From the NCBI RefSeq assembly GCF_006345805.1, contig NC_043013.1, forward strand, positions 4,960,001 to 5,024,000: a DNA stretch of 64,000 nucleotides. The letters are read 5' to 3'. Every line of letters begins with the position of its first letter. The first letter of the stretch is position 1. This DNA comes from Octopus sinensis. Lineage: Eukaryota. A model generated the notes under the pieces. That model ran no database searches. It was not told the DNA's origin and saw nothing but the letters and a program-made list of their open reading frames with translations. This document shows, in pieces, positions 52,107-64,000 of the stretch. The position numbers and the translations under genes are program-made.

Positions 52107-52500
52107 GGTGCAGGAGTGGCTGTGTGGTAAGTAGCTTGCTAACCAACCACATGGTTCCGGGTTCAGTCCCACTGTGTGGCATCTTGGGCAAGTGTCTTCT
52201 GCTATAGCCCCGGGCCGACCAATGCCTTGTGAGAGGATTTGGTAGACAGAAACTGAAAGAAGCCTGTCGTGTATATGTATATATGTGTGTTTGTGTGTCT
52301 GTGTTTGTCCCCCTAGCATTGCTTGACAACCGATGCTGGTGTATTTATGTCCCAGTAACTTAGCGGTTCGGCAAAAGAGAGCGATAGAATAAGTACTGGG
52401 CTTACAAAGAATAAGTCCCGGGGTCGATTTGCTCGACTAAAGGCGGTGCCCCAGCATGGCCGCAGTCAAATGACTGAAACAAGTAAAAGAGTAAAGAGAG
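52107..52500 (+). mobile_element. SINE group B, full length
   Basis: A-box TGGCTGTGTGG, B-box GGTTCAGTCCC, a CORE-like CTTGGGCAAGT, an internal microsatellite and a (GTAAAAGA)n tail. Confidence 0.9.
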
Positions 52501-52672
52501 AGTATATATGTATCATGTTTTTTTTTTTAATCTTTAGCAGAAGTAACAGAGTGACTCAAGGTTCAAGTTTTATTCAGACATGAAACTCTTAGACTTTGAA
52601 TCACTGTTACTATTAATAGAAATATATATATATACTAATATTTTGAGATTTATTTTTCCTGTTTGCATCTAC

Positions 52673-52740
<68 letters not shown>

Positions 52741-52743
<3 letters not shown>

Positions 52744-52954
52744 CAACATGTGATCTCTTAAGCACCACCAGCTCAAATATTGTCTCCTCTATCTTCCCTT
52801 CTCCTTGTTTCCGACGAAGAGCTCCGCTCGAAATGTTAAACCCTCCTTCCCTTCTTTCTTAAGCGTCAATAATACTTTAATTGTTCCACGTCCCGCGTTG
52901 CTGTGTTTTTTTTCTCTCTTTTTTTCTCTTTTTTTCTGTGTTTTCTTGTTGGAT

Positions 52955-52958
<4 letters not shown>
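52741..52958 (+). mobile_element. (TA)n-embedded element with degenerate hammerhead (52807-52841)
   Basis: GTTT-CCGACGA-A-GAGC-TCC-GCTC-GAAA-TG-TT-AAAC. Confidence 0.6.
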
Positions 52959-53017
<59 letters not shown>

Positions 53018-53286
53018 ATTAGAATCAAAATAAGGGTGAAAAATTGGATATTAAATTAATAACATCAATTTAACACCAGTGGTTTAGCGCATAAAAAACT
53101 GAGATTCAGTAAATATTAATACATCACAAATACTGTTTATCAAGTCAAGTTCATGCCTGATGGATTGACAGGATCCTTAGAGGATGGGACAAAATGCCTT
53201 GTGGTAGTTATTTGTCACAGCTCTTTATATTCTGAGTTCAATCCTGCTTTAATTGACTTCACCTTTCATCAGAAGAATAGAAAGGT

Positions 53287-53702
53287 GGCAGCGAGCTGGC
53301 AGAAACATTAGCACGCCGGGTGAAATGCTTAGCGGTATTTTGTCTGCCGTTACGTTCTGAGTTCAAATTCCACCAAGGTCAACTTTGCCTTTCATCCTTT
53401 CGGGGTCGATAAATTAAGTACCAGTTACGCACTGGGGTCGATATAATCGATTTAATACCTATGTCTTTCCTTGTTTGTCCTCTCTGTGTTTAGCCCCTTG
53501 TGGGTAATAAAGAAATAGGTATTTCATCTGCTGCTACATTCTGAGTTCAAATTCCACCAAGGTCAACTTTGCCTTTCATCCTTTCGGGGTTGATTAAATA
53601 AGTACCAGTTACACACTGGGGGTTGATATAATCGACTTAATCCGTTTGTCTGTCCTTGTTTGTCCCCTCTGTGTGTAGCCCCTTGTGGGCAGTAAAGAAA
53701 TA
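53287..53702 (+). mobile_element. SINE group A dimer
   Basis: One head and two bodies, with a degenerate flanking duplication AAGAATAGAAAGGTG / AAGAAAGAAGGGTG. Confidence 0.88.
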
Positions 53703-54460
53703 AGAAAGAAGGGTGACGGAACGCAGAAGGGCGAACGTGATCTATCCATCCATCAAACCACTTAATCTGAACCCCCTCTCCCCCCAAAATAAAGATAGCT
53801 AGACAGTATTATTATAATAAGCATTCATACACAACACAGATTTTGCGACAATCCTTCAAAGGCCTTCAAATCAAAACTAAATATCCGGTTTCTTCCTTTC
53901 ATATCACCTCTCATTTATCTCTTACGTGTTGAGACTCCATGTTGCCAGTTATAATCCGTTGGTCAACAGAAACCTAAGGGATGAAAGTTATGTCAATCAA
54001 CTGAAGCACTAATATGGGTGTGATGCTTAAATCCTCCTTTTTTTTCCAGTAAATAAATATTTACTGCTTTATGTGATCAGACTAGGATGTTCTTTGTTGT
54101 GCTCCTTCACAGAATTTCCCGATTACCGTTACCTTAATCAGTATGAGCTCTCCTTATGTCATCTATCCATAGGATTAAACCTTTAATCTTTTTCTCTTTC
54201 ACTGGTTTTGGTTCGTTAGACCATGACCCTGCTGGGGCATGGCTATGAAGGATTTAGTTTATCAAAGTGACCCTAGTATTGGAATTTGTTTTTTCTCAGT
54301 TTGATATTTATTCTGTCATTCCCTTTTTGCTGATCTTTTAACTTGTCTATGGGGACACAAACAAACCAACACTAGTTATCAAGCCAAGAAGGACAAACAA
54401 TGTCAAACTCACAGCTTCATACACATTTGCAGAAACAATCACATATACACACATGCATAT

Positions 54461-54493
<33 letters not shown>

Positions 54494-54498
54494 CCATC

Positions 54499-54704
54499 CA
54501 GTAATCCCTCGACTATCGTGGGTGTTACATTCCAAGATCCCCTGTGTGGTGAAAATCTGCAAAGTAGAAACAGTGCTGTACTGTATATATATTTTTTCTT
54601 TTTAATATTTTGCATATATTTATTTTATTATAAATGTAAAACAACACCATGGAAGAGTCTACGTAAGCTTAAATAATAAACTGCAATATGGCGACGGATT
54701 ACTG
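54499..54704. mobile_element. pogo/Tigger-like MITE (compact form of 2560-3083)
   Basis: CAGTAATCCCTCGACTAT ... GGCGACGGATTACTG. Confidence 0.75.
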
Positions 54705-54732
54705 TATGTATATATGTATATGTATGTATGTG

Positions 54733-54945
54733 TGTGTGTATGTGTATATATCGTGAGAATTTACAAAAAAACAAAAGTTGAAGATGGGTGTATAAACAAC
54801 AAACAGATGTGTTAGTTTAACACTTGGGAAGTGGTGAGAAAGTATTTTACGTTTCGAGCCTATGCTCTTCGACAGAAAGGAACACAGAAATAAGGGAGAG
54901 AAAACAGAAAAAGGTTTTGTGGCTAGCGATCTGTCATGGTGAATG
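54733..54945 (-). mobile_element. Second copy of the 10672 hammerhead-like element
   Basis: Minus strand CTTT-CTGTCGA-A-GAGC-ATAG-GCTC-GAAAC-GTA-AAAT at 54844-54879. Confidence 0.65.
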
Positions 54946-54961
54946 CACACACACACACACA

Positions 54962-54995
<34 letters not shown>

Positions 54996-55185
54996 GCACA
55001 CACACATACATGGAAGGTTTCTGCACAGTTTCCATCGACTAAATTCATTCATATGGCATTGGTCAAAAATTACTGTAGAGTGGGATTCAACCTGACACCG
55101 TGGGGTTTGGAAGCAAACTTCTTAACCATGCAGCCATCTGTGTTTAAAAAACACAGAACCACATCTCTTTCTCTCTCTCAATACA

Positions 55186-55237
<52 letters not shown>

Positions 55238-55345
55238 ATATACACACACACACATACTTACGTATGTACAATACATACGTGTGTGTATATATATATATAT
55301 CATCATCATTTAATGTCCACCTTCCATGCTAGCATGGGTGGAACA

Positions 55346-55385
<40 letters not shown>

Positions 55386-56639
55386 GTGTATATATATTTG
55401 TGTGTGTATAAGTATATATATGCACACACACACATGCATATAGGTATTCTCTCTGACACTGCTCTACTGCATGTAACTTTCTCCACCAGTTAAATTCCAC
55501 TGATGTTCCCTCATCAATGGTTTTCAGAAGCACGCAATGAATTGATTTTGCAATGATCTGGACCATTGATATGTAAATTCTCATTGAATTCTATCAATTT
55601 ATTATATTGATATGTTAATTTTCAACCTATATCTATTGAAAAGCACTTCTTTTCTATATATATATATATATATATATCATCTAGCTGCTGTGTGAACTTT
55701 CAAATGGAAATATAAATTCTATCTTGTAGTATTACTATAAATATACATGCCTACATATGTACATGAGTTTGTATGTGTTTGTAAATAAATAAATATATAT
55801 ATATATATATATAATAATAATATAAATAATATATAAATATATGCATATATACATACATGTACATACCTACGTATATATGTATATATAGATGCGTATATGG
55901 TACAGGACATCAAAAAAACGTCTTCAAAATGAGAAACGAGAACATAAAAAACAAAATCATAGAAAACGAACTTTTTTTCAAACAACAAAAGAAACAAATA
56001 GAGAAACAAGACAGGCAACATAAAGGACGATCCCTTCATCAGTTGGCCCCTGTTTTATCTACTCCATATTTCAAAGGTATATATATATATATATATATAT
56101 GCGCATGTATACGCACACACATATATATGCTTGTGTATGTGAAAGCATGTGATAAAAGTGTTGGATTCGTGGCTCAGTGGTTAAGATGTTTGGTTTACAA
56201 TCATAAAATAGGGAGTTCAATTCCTGGACTTAGTGGTATATTGTGTCCTTCATGTTGCTTCAGTCTGTTTAACTGAAATGAGTACTGACTGGTATTGCTT
56301 CCCCCCCCCCATCCAGCTCTCTTTCTCTCTCTCTCTCTCTCTTATTTCCTTCAGCTATTACATACTCCATGTTCTGCCAGGTCCAGGGTAGGCAGGCCAA
56401 TGTGGAGTGTCTGTGTCTGTTCACCACTACATAGATGCTTAAAACAATTGGCAAAACCTTTGTACTTCCTGTCACTTGTACTTCTTAACCACTTGCAAGT
56501 GACAGCTGTGTTTGTTTAATGCAAGTGTGTATGTATTTGTGTATTTCTGTATGTATGTACATATGTGTGTGTATATACATGTGTGTTTAAGTACATATAT
56601 GTGTGTATTGTGAGACCCACTGTTGTTTCTGTTGACCAC

Positions 56640-57540
56640 TACTCTCTTTCTCCCCCTCCCTCCCCGTCTCTTTCTATTGCTTTCTTTGAGCTCCTTGAAT
56701 CAAAAACCCTTCCAGGGGCTTTTGCTGCCACAAGTGTAGCAGGGTCTTCTGCCTTGCACCATCAGTCCTCTTACCTTTGATTTCGACCCTACAATTGGGT
56801 ACATTTCTGGAAAAGCCCCAGAAACATCAGGAATTTGGCTGTGTGGTAAGTAGCTTGCTAACGGACCACATGGTTCTAGGTTCAGTCCCACTGCATGGCA
56901 CCTTGGATAAGTGTCTTCTACAATAGTTTCGGGCAGACCAAAGCTTTGTGAGTTGATTTGCTAGACGGAAACTGAAAGAAGCCCATCATATATGTGTGTG
57001 TGTATGTATGTATGTGTGTGTATATGTTTGTGTGTCTGTTTATCCCCCCCCCCAGTATTGCTTGACAACCGATGCTGGTGTGTTTACGTCCCCGTAACTT
57101 AGCGGTTCGGCAAAAGAGACCGATAGATTAAGTACTAGGCATACAAAGAATAAGTCCTGGGGTCGATTTGGTCGACTAAAGGCAGTGCTCCAGCATGGCC
57201 ACAGTCAAATGACTGAAACAAGTAAAAGAGTAAAAGAGTAAATTGCAAGTCCATGCTCACTTCCCTGACTATATTATTATCATTTCTTATTACCTGTACA
57301 CTTATCACCTGTGTTGCATTACAAAGGCCATCAACAAGCCAAAAATCGGTACCATTTACTATACTCGTGGCTGGTATCCTAGCATTGCACTGCTCCCATG
57401 TAATGAGACACAAAGTCTCTGCTTCTCTCTGAACCTGGCCCTTGGTCCCGAAAGTCAGAGGCATTGCCATAAGCTTCATCCTTCTTAATGTATGAGATAC
57501 TAAGCCAGATGTCTGCAAGAGCCTCTCTGGACCTTTTGTT
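56640..57540 (-). mobile_element. L1/Tx1-like ORF1 remnant interrupted by a SINE B (56836-57241, +)
   Basis: Peptide ...REVSMDLQ appears to continue across the SINE into IPDVSG...VQGRRPCYTCGSKS, a degenerate CCHC knuckle. Confidence 0.5.
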
Positions 57541-58249
57541 TGTTGGTTGGTTTTTTGTTTTGTTGAGGGTTCAGAAAAACCAACACCTTTCTTTTATCAG
57601 ACAAAGATAAATTAGTTTTCTTTTAACCTGTTTCTAAATGAAGTTTACTGAAACCACTTAAAGCTGTCCGTGTCTGACAAATAAATGCATGACTGCAGAG
57701 TAATTTTGTTTGAATTTTTTTTTTGCTTTGTATTCTCTTGAATCTTTGTTCTTTTTTTTCTTTCTTTATAAGTTTGTTTTTATGGCAGGTGGGGCATCAC
57801 CCAGTTCAGTCGACACTTATTATAAATTAGGTCGAACCAAACCAAAACTATAAAACATACTGAAACATTCAAATAAAGCTGGTTCTTTTAACGTGCTAAA
57901 CAATTTAATAAAATGTACTTGGCTTGGAAAAATATTTATGCACGTAAAATTGTAAATCTAATGTATTGTGAAATATTAATCAACTTACTGGAATGAGGTG
58001 TCAAACGTCCAAAAGGCTATAAAATGTTTAACAGAATTTTTAGTTTTGTTTTGTTTTTCAAAATGGAGTGAGAATTAATTACTTTAATTAAATGATAAAA
58101 ATAATAAAAACACTACTTTTGCAAACAGACATTAGGCATGTAACAAATATTTTAATTATGAATATTCTGAGGAAAAAAATAAATGAAGTTAAACACTAGC
58201 CAACAGCTAAAGCATAATGATAAAAATAATAATAAAAATCCTTTTGATT

Positions 58250-59280
58250 TCGTTGAGTTTGAACTCAGAACGTAAAGAAACAGAAGTGGGGGCGGGGAGA
58301 GACATTTTTCTGATGCTCTAACGATTCTGCCAACAGTTTTAAGGGAGATGGTTAGTAAATTACATGAATTCCAGAATTTGACTGGTGCTTTATATTTAAT
58401 CAACCCCGGAGGTATGAAAGACAAAGTCTAATCTTGGTAGGATTTGAACTCAGAACATACAGAAAGGTTTTTTTTTCTGGCGCTCTAACAATTCTTATTT
58501 CTTTATTACCCACAAGGGGGCTAAACATAAAGGGGACAAACAAAGACAGACAAAGGGATTAAGTCGATTACATCGACCCCTGTGCGTAACTGGTACTTAA
58601 TTTATCGACCCTGAAAGGATGAAAGGCAAATTCGACCTCGGCGGAATTTGAACTCAGAACGTAACGGCAGACTAAATACCTATTTCTTTACTACCCACAA
58701 GGGGCTAAACACAGAGAGGACAAACAAGGACAGACAAACGGATCAAGTCGATTATATCAACCCCAGTGCGTAACTGGTACTTATTTAATCGACTCCGAAA
58801 GGATGAAAGACAAATTCGACCTCGGCGGAATTTGCACTCAGAACGTAACGGCAGACTAAATACCTCTTTCTTTACTACCCACAAGGGGCTAAACACAGAG
58901 AGGACAAACAAGGACAGACAAACGGATCAAGTCGATTATATCAACCCCAGTGCGTAACTGGTACTTATTTAATCGACTCCGAAAGGATGAAAGACAAATT
59001 CGACCTCGGCGGAATTTGCACTCAGAACGTAACGGCAGACTAAATACCTCTTTCTTTACTACCCACAAGGGGCTAAACAAGAGGACAAACAAGGACAGAC
59101 AAACGGATTAAGTCGATTATATCGACCCCAGTGCGTAACTGGTACTTATTTAATCGACTCCGAAAGGATGAAAGGCAAATTCGACCACGGCGGAATTTGA
59201 ACTCAGAACGTTGCGGCAGACGAAAATACTGCAAAGCATTTCGCCCGGCGTGCTACCGTTTCTGCCAGCTCACTGCCCTT
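58250..59280 (-). mobile_element. SINE group A tetramer (184-bp period) plus older copies
   Basis: CTACCCAC at 58691, 58875 and 59059; a single head at about 59215-59280. Confidence 0.9.
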
Positions 59281-60904
59281 GTGTAATAATTGATAATAAC
59301 GAATTTGAGAAAATCAAATTGAGGGGGAAAAAAAGAAAAGAAAAGAAACGTAAAAAGTAACCGAAATTTGACATTCTGCACCAGAAATTTAACTGACATG
59401 TCATTAACTGCAACTTGTTGCTGCAGTAGCAATGGTTATGCTATCAATATATGCACGTCAGTGTGTGCGTTTATTGCAGATTGTCTGTCACGCTACTACA
59501 ACGCCCCATTCTCTCTCTCTCTCTCTCTCTTACACTGTTTGTGTTACTAGTTACAAATTAGGTGAAAATATTGTGCAATGAATACATGTCAGCGAACTAC
59601 AGCAGAAAAAAGATAGACATAGTGAAAGCTGTGCTACCGAAATAAAGACGTAGAGCGGGTTGAGGTAAGAGGAGATGGTGCTAAGAAGTGGGAGGTATAC
59701 CTGACTACTGTCACGTCTCCGTCGTCACCATAACCACCCGGTTGTTGTTACCCACCCAGATTTTCGTTAATGCTTATGTTGTAATCCTCTAATTAGTTTC
59801 GCTGAAATAACTGGTTTTTTACCCCCTTTTTCCCCCTTTCTTCTTTTCTTCAAACTAGATGTTCTTGTCACTTTGATATTTGTCGTTTTATAAAAAGGGG
59901 TTTATTTCTTTGTTATAATAACCGCCAACATTGAAGAGATTAAGGGGATAACTAGATTTGTATTAGGTTAGTCGCAGTCAGCGTTTGTTTTCAATGGTTT
60001 AGCGGGAAATTTTGGCGGGAATATACCAGGGAGAAAAACGGTAACAAAATAGGATCGTGTGTATATATGCTTGTGACTCTTACGTGCCTGGCTGCTATGA
60101 ACACTAAATTTCGTGACACTAATCCCAGTATTAAACTGTTAGTAATTCAAAGATAATATATTACTTTATCGGTTCTATGGCGAGCGTATTATGTTTGAGT
60201 GATGGTGGTGGCGACGGCTGTTGTTGTTGTTGTGTTGTTAAAGTAGTATCGCGCTTTATTGAATTGCTTAATACCTTCTCTTCACAGTGTGCCAAGTTCA
60301 AATCTCATGTGCTGCAGTCAAGTTAATTGACTGCAATCTTCCCGATTATGAAACTGGAGAAGTAAAATGAAATCATTGACGTTTTTGATGCTGGTTTGTA
60401 GTGACGGCGATGGTGATGTGATAATGGTAGTAGTGTGGTGTTGATGGTGGTGGTCGTGGTGGCGGTGATGTGCTGACAGTTGTGTGGTGATAGGATGATG
60501 ATGATGATGGCAATGGTGGTGATTGTAATAATGATGATGATTAGGATAGTGTTAGTCGTGGCAATAATGATGACGTCGACAGTGATGACAGCCGTCTTAA
60601 GGCATAGACATATTGAGCAGTTACCCAGGAGCCCAAGGGCCCAATTCTGATGTGTGTGTGTGATGTAGCTTGCCTTCAATAACTAAATAATATAGAGCCT
60701 ATTGCAATGATTTACCCGGGGGCTATAACACTACTTAAACAGCCCTGGGTGGTGATGATGATGATGATGGTGGAGAGAAGAGGACATCTAATCGATTTGA
60801 TGGTCGAGGGTCACATGACTATGCTATTTCTGAAGAGTTCTTTGATATGTCCAGTGTTGACCATTCGGGTTTCATAATCGAAACCATAGTGTTTATTTCA
60901 TCTG

Positions 60905-61430
60905 CTGGTTTCAGTTATTGGACTGTGGTCATGCCTGGAAGGATTTAGTCGAACAAACTAACCCCAATACTTATTACTTTTGTAAAGGATAGTACTTATT
61001 CGATCGGGTTTCTTTTGCTGAATCGCTAAGTCACAAGGACGTAAAGAAACCAACACCGGTTGTCAAGCGTAGTTGGGGTGGGGGTAAACGCACACTCTCT
61101 CTCTCTCTCTCTCTCACACACACAGTTTCCGTCTACCAAATCCACTCACAAGGCATTGATCGGTCTGGGGTTATAGTAGAAGAAATTTGCCCAAGGTGCC
61201 ACACGGTAGGACTGAACCCTGTTCGGAATCATTAACTACGCAGTTAAGCTAATTTTGGCAAGAGAGTTGATTACATCGACATCGGTGCTTAACTAATACT
61301 TTTATTTTGTTAACCCCCACGGAATGAAAGTTAAAACTGACCCTCTGCATGATTTGAACTCAGAACGTAAAGAACCGGAAGAAATGCTGCTATGCATTTT
61401 TGCCCAATGCGCTAATTATTTTGCCAGTTT
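60905..61430 (-). mobile_element. Older SINE B and SINE A copies
   Basis: Diverged homology to both groups. Confidence 0.65.
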
Positions 61431-62213
61431 GTAATATTAGTAAATAAGTTACGTACCCCCTTAATTAAATAAATTTATCATAAATAACGTTTTAGATAAG
61501 ATTAGTGACCGTGCAGCAGTCCCTAAGCAGCTTAGAGCATGTTGCATACATATATCATTGATTGCCTTATAATTAAATTTATTTTCCAGCTTGTTAAACA
61601 TCCGTTTCGAAATCTATTCCCCATTTTCTGCTCTATTTATATAAACTTAATAAGGAAACTATCGTTTATAAAGTGGCCAATCGGCGAAGTCGTTGGAGCG
61701 TTGCATTTATATACAACGCCTTGCAGTGTTTGTTCCGGCTCGCTGCACTTTGAGCTAAAACCCCCTCCGAGGTCAACTGTGTCTTTCATCCTCTTCACTG
61801 GTTGATAAAGAACCATTCAAGCATTAGTGTAGATGCTTCCTTCTTTCTTTCTTTCAGTTTCTTGAAATCGGTTGCGTTGTGCCAATGGGACGTTGAGAAG
61901 GGCCACACGTGAACCATTCACTGTGATTCTTTCTCAATTAATGAAGACGGCTTGCACGATGGATCTTGCGACCTCTTCTCAACCATTGATGGTCCAGAAC
62001 CTCTTATAATGGGCACTAATTTATGAGCAAGAACTTCGAATCCCTGCGGCCGCCCAGACTAGTTTACTCGACGGCCCTGTTTCACAGTATCTTGCTCAGT
62101 ACTGCAATTAATACGAAAGTTTATACGAAAGTACAAATATCTGATTTAAATATATAAGTTACTATATGTTTAATGTAAAGATAACCAAATGTTCTGGAAA
62201 ATCGATATTGTAC

Positions 62214-62295
<82 letters not shown>

Positions 62296-62324
62296 GTTTA
62301 TAAATATATATTTAAAGGGTTTGT

Positions 62325-63700
62325 AGTCGAACAAGTCAGCCCAGGTACTTATTTTAAGCTTGGTACTGTCTCGAAGACGTAAACAAACCAAAGCCGGTTG
62401 TCAAGTAGTGCTCACAAACACATACACACACGCACATATGCGACGGGCTTCTTTCAGTTTCCGTCGACCAAATCCACTCACAAGGCTTTGGTCGGCCCAG
62501 GGCTCCTACACACCGGTTGTGCGTATTCTTTATCTTCGCCGTAGAAGCCACTTGCCCAAGGTGCCAGGCCATGAGACCGAACCCAGGAGCCATGTGATTG
62601 AAAATCAATCTTATCACACAGCCACGCCTAAAATACACACACACACACACTTATTCAATAGTATATATTATAGTTATAAGTAATAAAATGGTATTTTTGT
62701 ATTTACATTATTGTGTTTTTCTCATCACATGTTATTTACAATAAACCACTGACTTTAACAGGTATTTTCTCACCTGGAATTACTCATTCTGTGTTAACTA
62801 CCGTGCGAATTCACTGATTCGTTGTCGCCAGTTATTAGGTGTCATAATTTCTATTCGGGTCTCTATTGTTCACGAGTACCCTTTTGTGATTGGGGTCATC
62901 GTTTGTTTAAACATGTTCAGATATTTCGGGCAGATACTCTTCTTCACTTGTATACATTACTGCCGAAATTGTTGCTTGTGTATGTGTGTGTACTTATGTA
63001 TATATGTATGTTTCTAGGCACGCATGTCCCTCTCTCTCATATATATTCTTTTACTCTTTTACTTGTTTGAGTCATTTGACTGTGGCCATACTGGAGCACC
63101 GTCTTTAGTCGCGCAAATCAACCCCAGGACTTATTCTTTGTAAGCCTAGTACTTATTCTATCGGACACTTTTGCCGAACCGCTAAGTTACGGGGACGTAA
63201 ACACACCAGCATCGGTTATCAAGCGATGTTGGGTTGACAAACACAGACACACATACATATATATATACATATATACGACGGGCTTCTTTCAGTTTCCGTC
63301 TACCAAATCCACTCACAAGGCTTTTGTCGGCTCGAGGCTATAGTAGAAGACACTTGCCCAAGGTGTCACGCAGTGGGACTGAACCCGGAACCATGTGGTT
63401 GGTAAGCAAGTTACTTACCACACATCCACATATATACATAACTTTTATTTTTTACTTGTTTCAATGATTGGACTGCAGCCATGCTGGGGTTCTGCCTTGA
63501 AAGAGTCAAATAAATCGACCTGTCATTCTATCGGGACAAACACATGCACACGAGCTTCTTTCAGTTTCCGTTTATCAGATCCACTTACAAGGCATTGATC
63601 GGTCCGGGAGGCAGAGGCCATAGTAGAAAACATTTGCCTAAGGTGCCACGCAGAGCGACTTGACCCGAAATTATGTGATTGGGAAGTAAGCTTCTTACAC
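62325..63700 (-). mobile_element. Three SINE group B copies (62325-62630, 63047-63425, 63450-63700)
   Basis: Homology to group B. Confidence 0.8.
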
Positions 63701-63777
63701 ACACACACACATCTTTGTGAGTGTAATGAAATAATGTTTATATTAGACGGAAAAAATAACTGACGACAGAAAGGTAT

Positions 63778-64000
63778 TCTGGCAGAAACGTTAGCACGCC
63801 GGGCGAAATGCGTAGCCGTATTTCGTCCGCCGTTACGTTCTGAGTTCAAATTCCGCCGAGGTCGACTTTAGCTTTCATCCTTTCGGGGTCAACAAATTAA
63901 ATACCAGTTACGCACTGGGGTCGATGTAATCGACTTAATCCCTTTGTCTGTCCCTTCTATGTTTAGCCCCTTGTGGGCAGTAAAGAAATAAGAAACGTTA
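63778..64000 (+). mobile_element. SINE group A, running off the window edge
   Basis: The tail AAAGAAATA is joined to AGAAACGTTA of another head. Confidence 0.85.

Overview
Eukaryotic, AT-rich and saturated with repeats. It is most consistent with an octopod cephalopod (Octopus-like) intergenic or intronic region; this is inferred from the tRNA-derived SINE families, the microsatellite density and the TTAGGG tract. I found no intact host gene: the ORFs in the track are microsatellite read-throughs, SINE sequence or decayed transposon frames. Content: three groups of tRNA-derived SINEs, decayed mariner/Tc1 transposases, many MITEs, two head-to-tail non-autonomous Helitrons, RTE- and L1/Tx1-like LINE remnants, a 22-bp minisatellite, a 65-bp tandem repeat, an interstitial telomeric tract and a 100-N gap. 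The most notable signal is a set of short non-coding elements, mostly inside (TA)n microsatellites, that carry minimal type-I hammerhead ribozyme motifs (best at 17596-17643 and 19901-19959; degenerate at 3447, 10727, 52807, 54844, 41156). One is fused to a tRNA-like Pol III head. These are candidate Penelope-type, retrozyme-like elements. All calls come from reading the sequence by eye; no searches or folding were run, and element ends are approximate.
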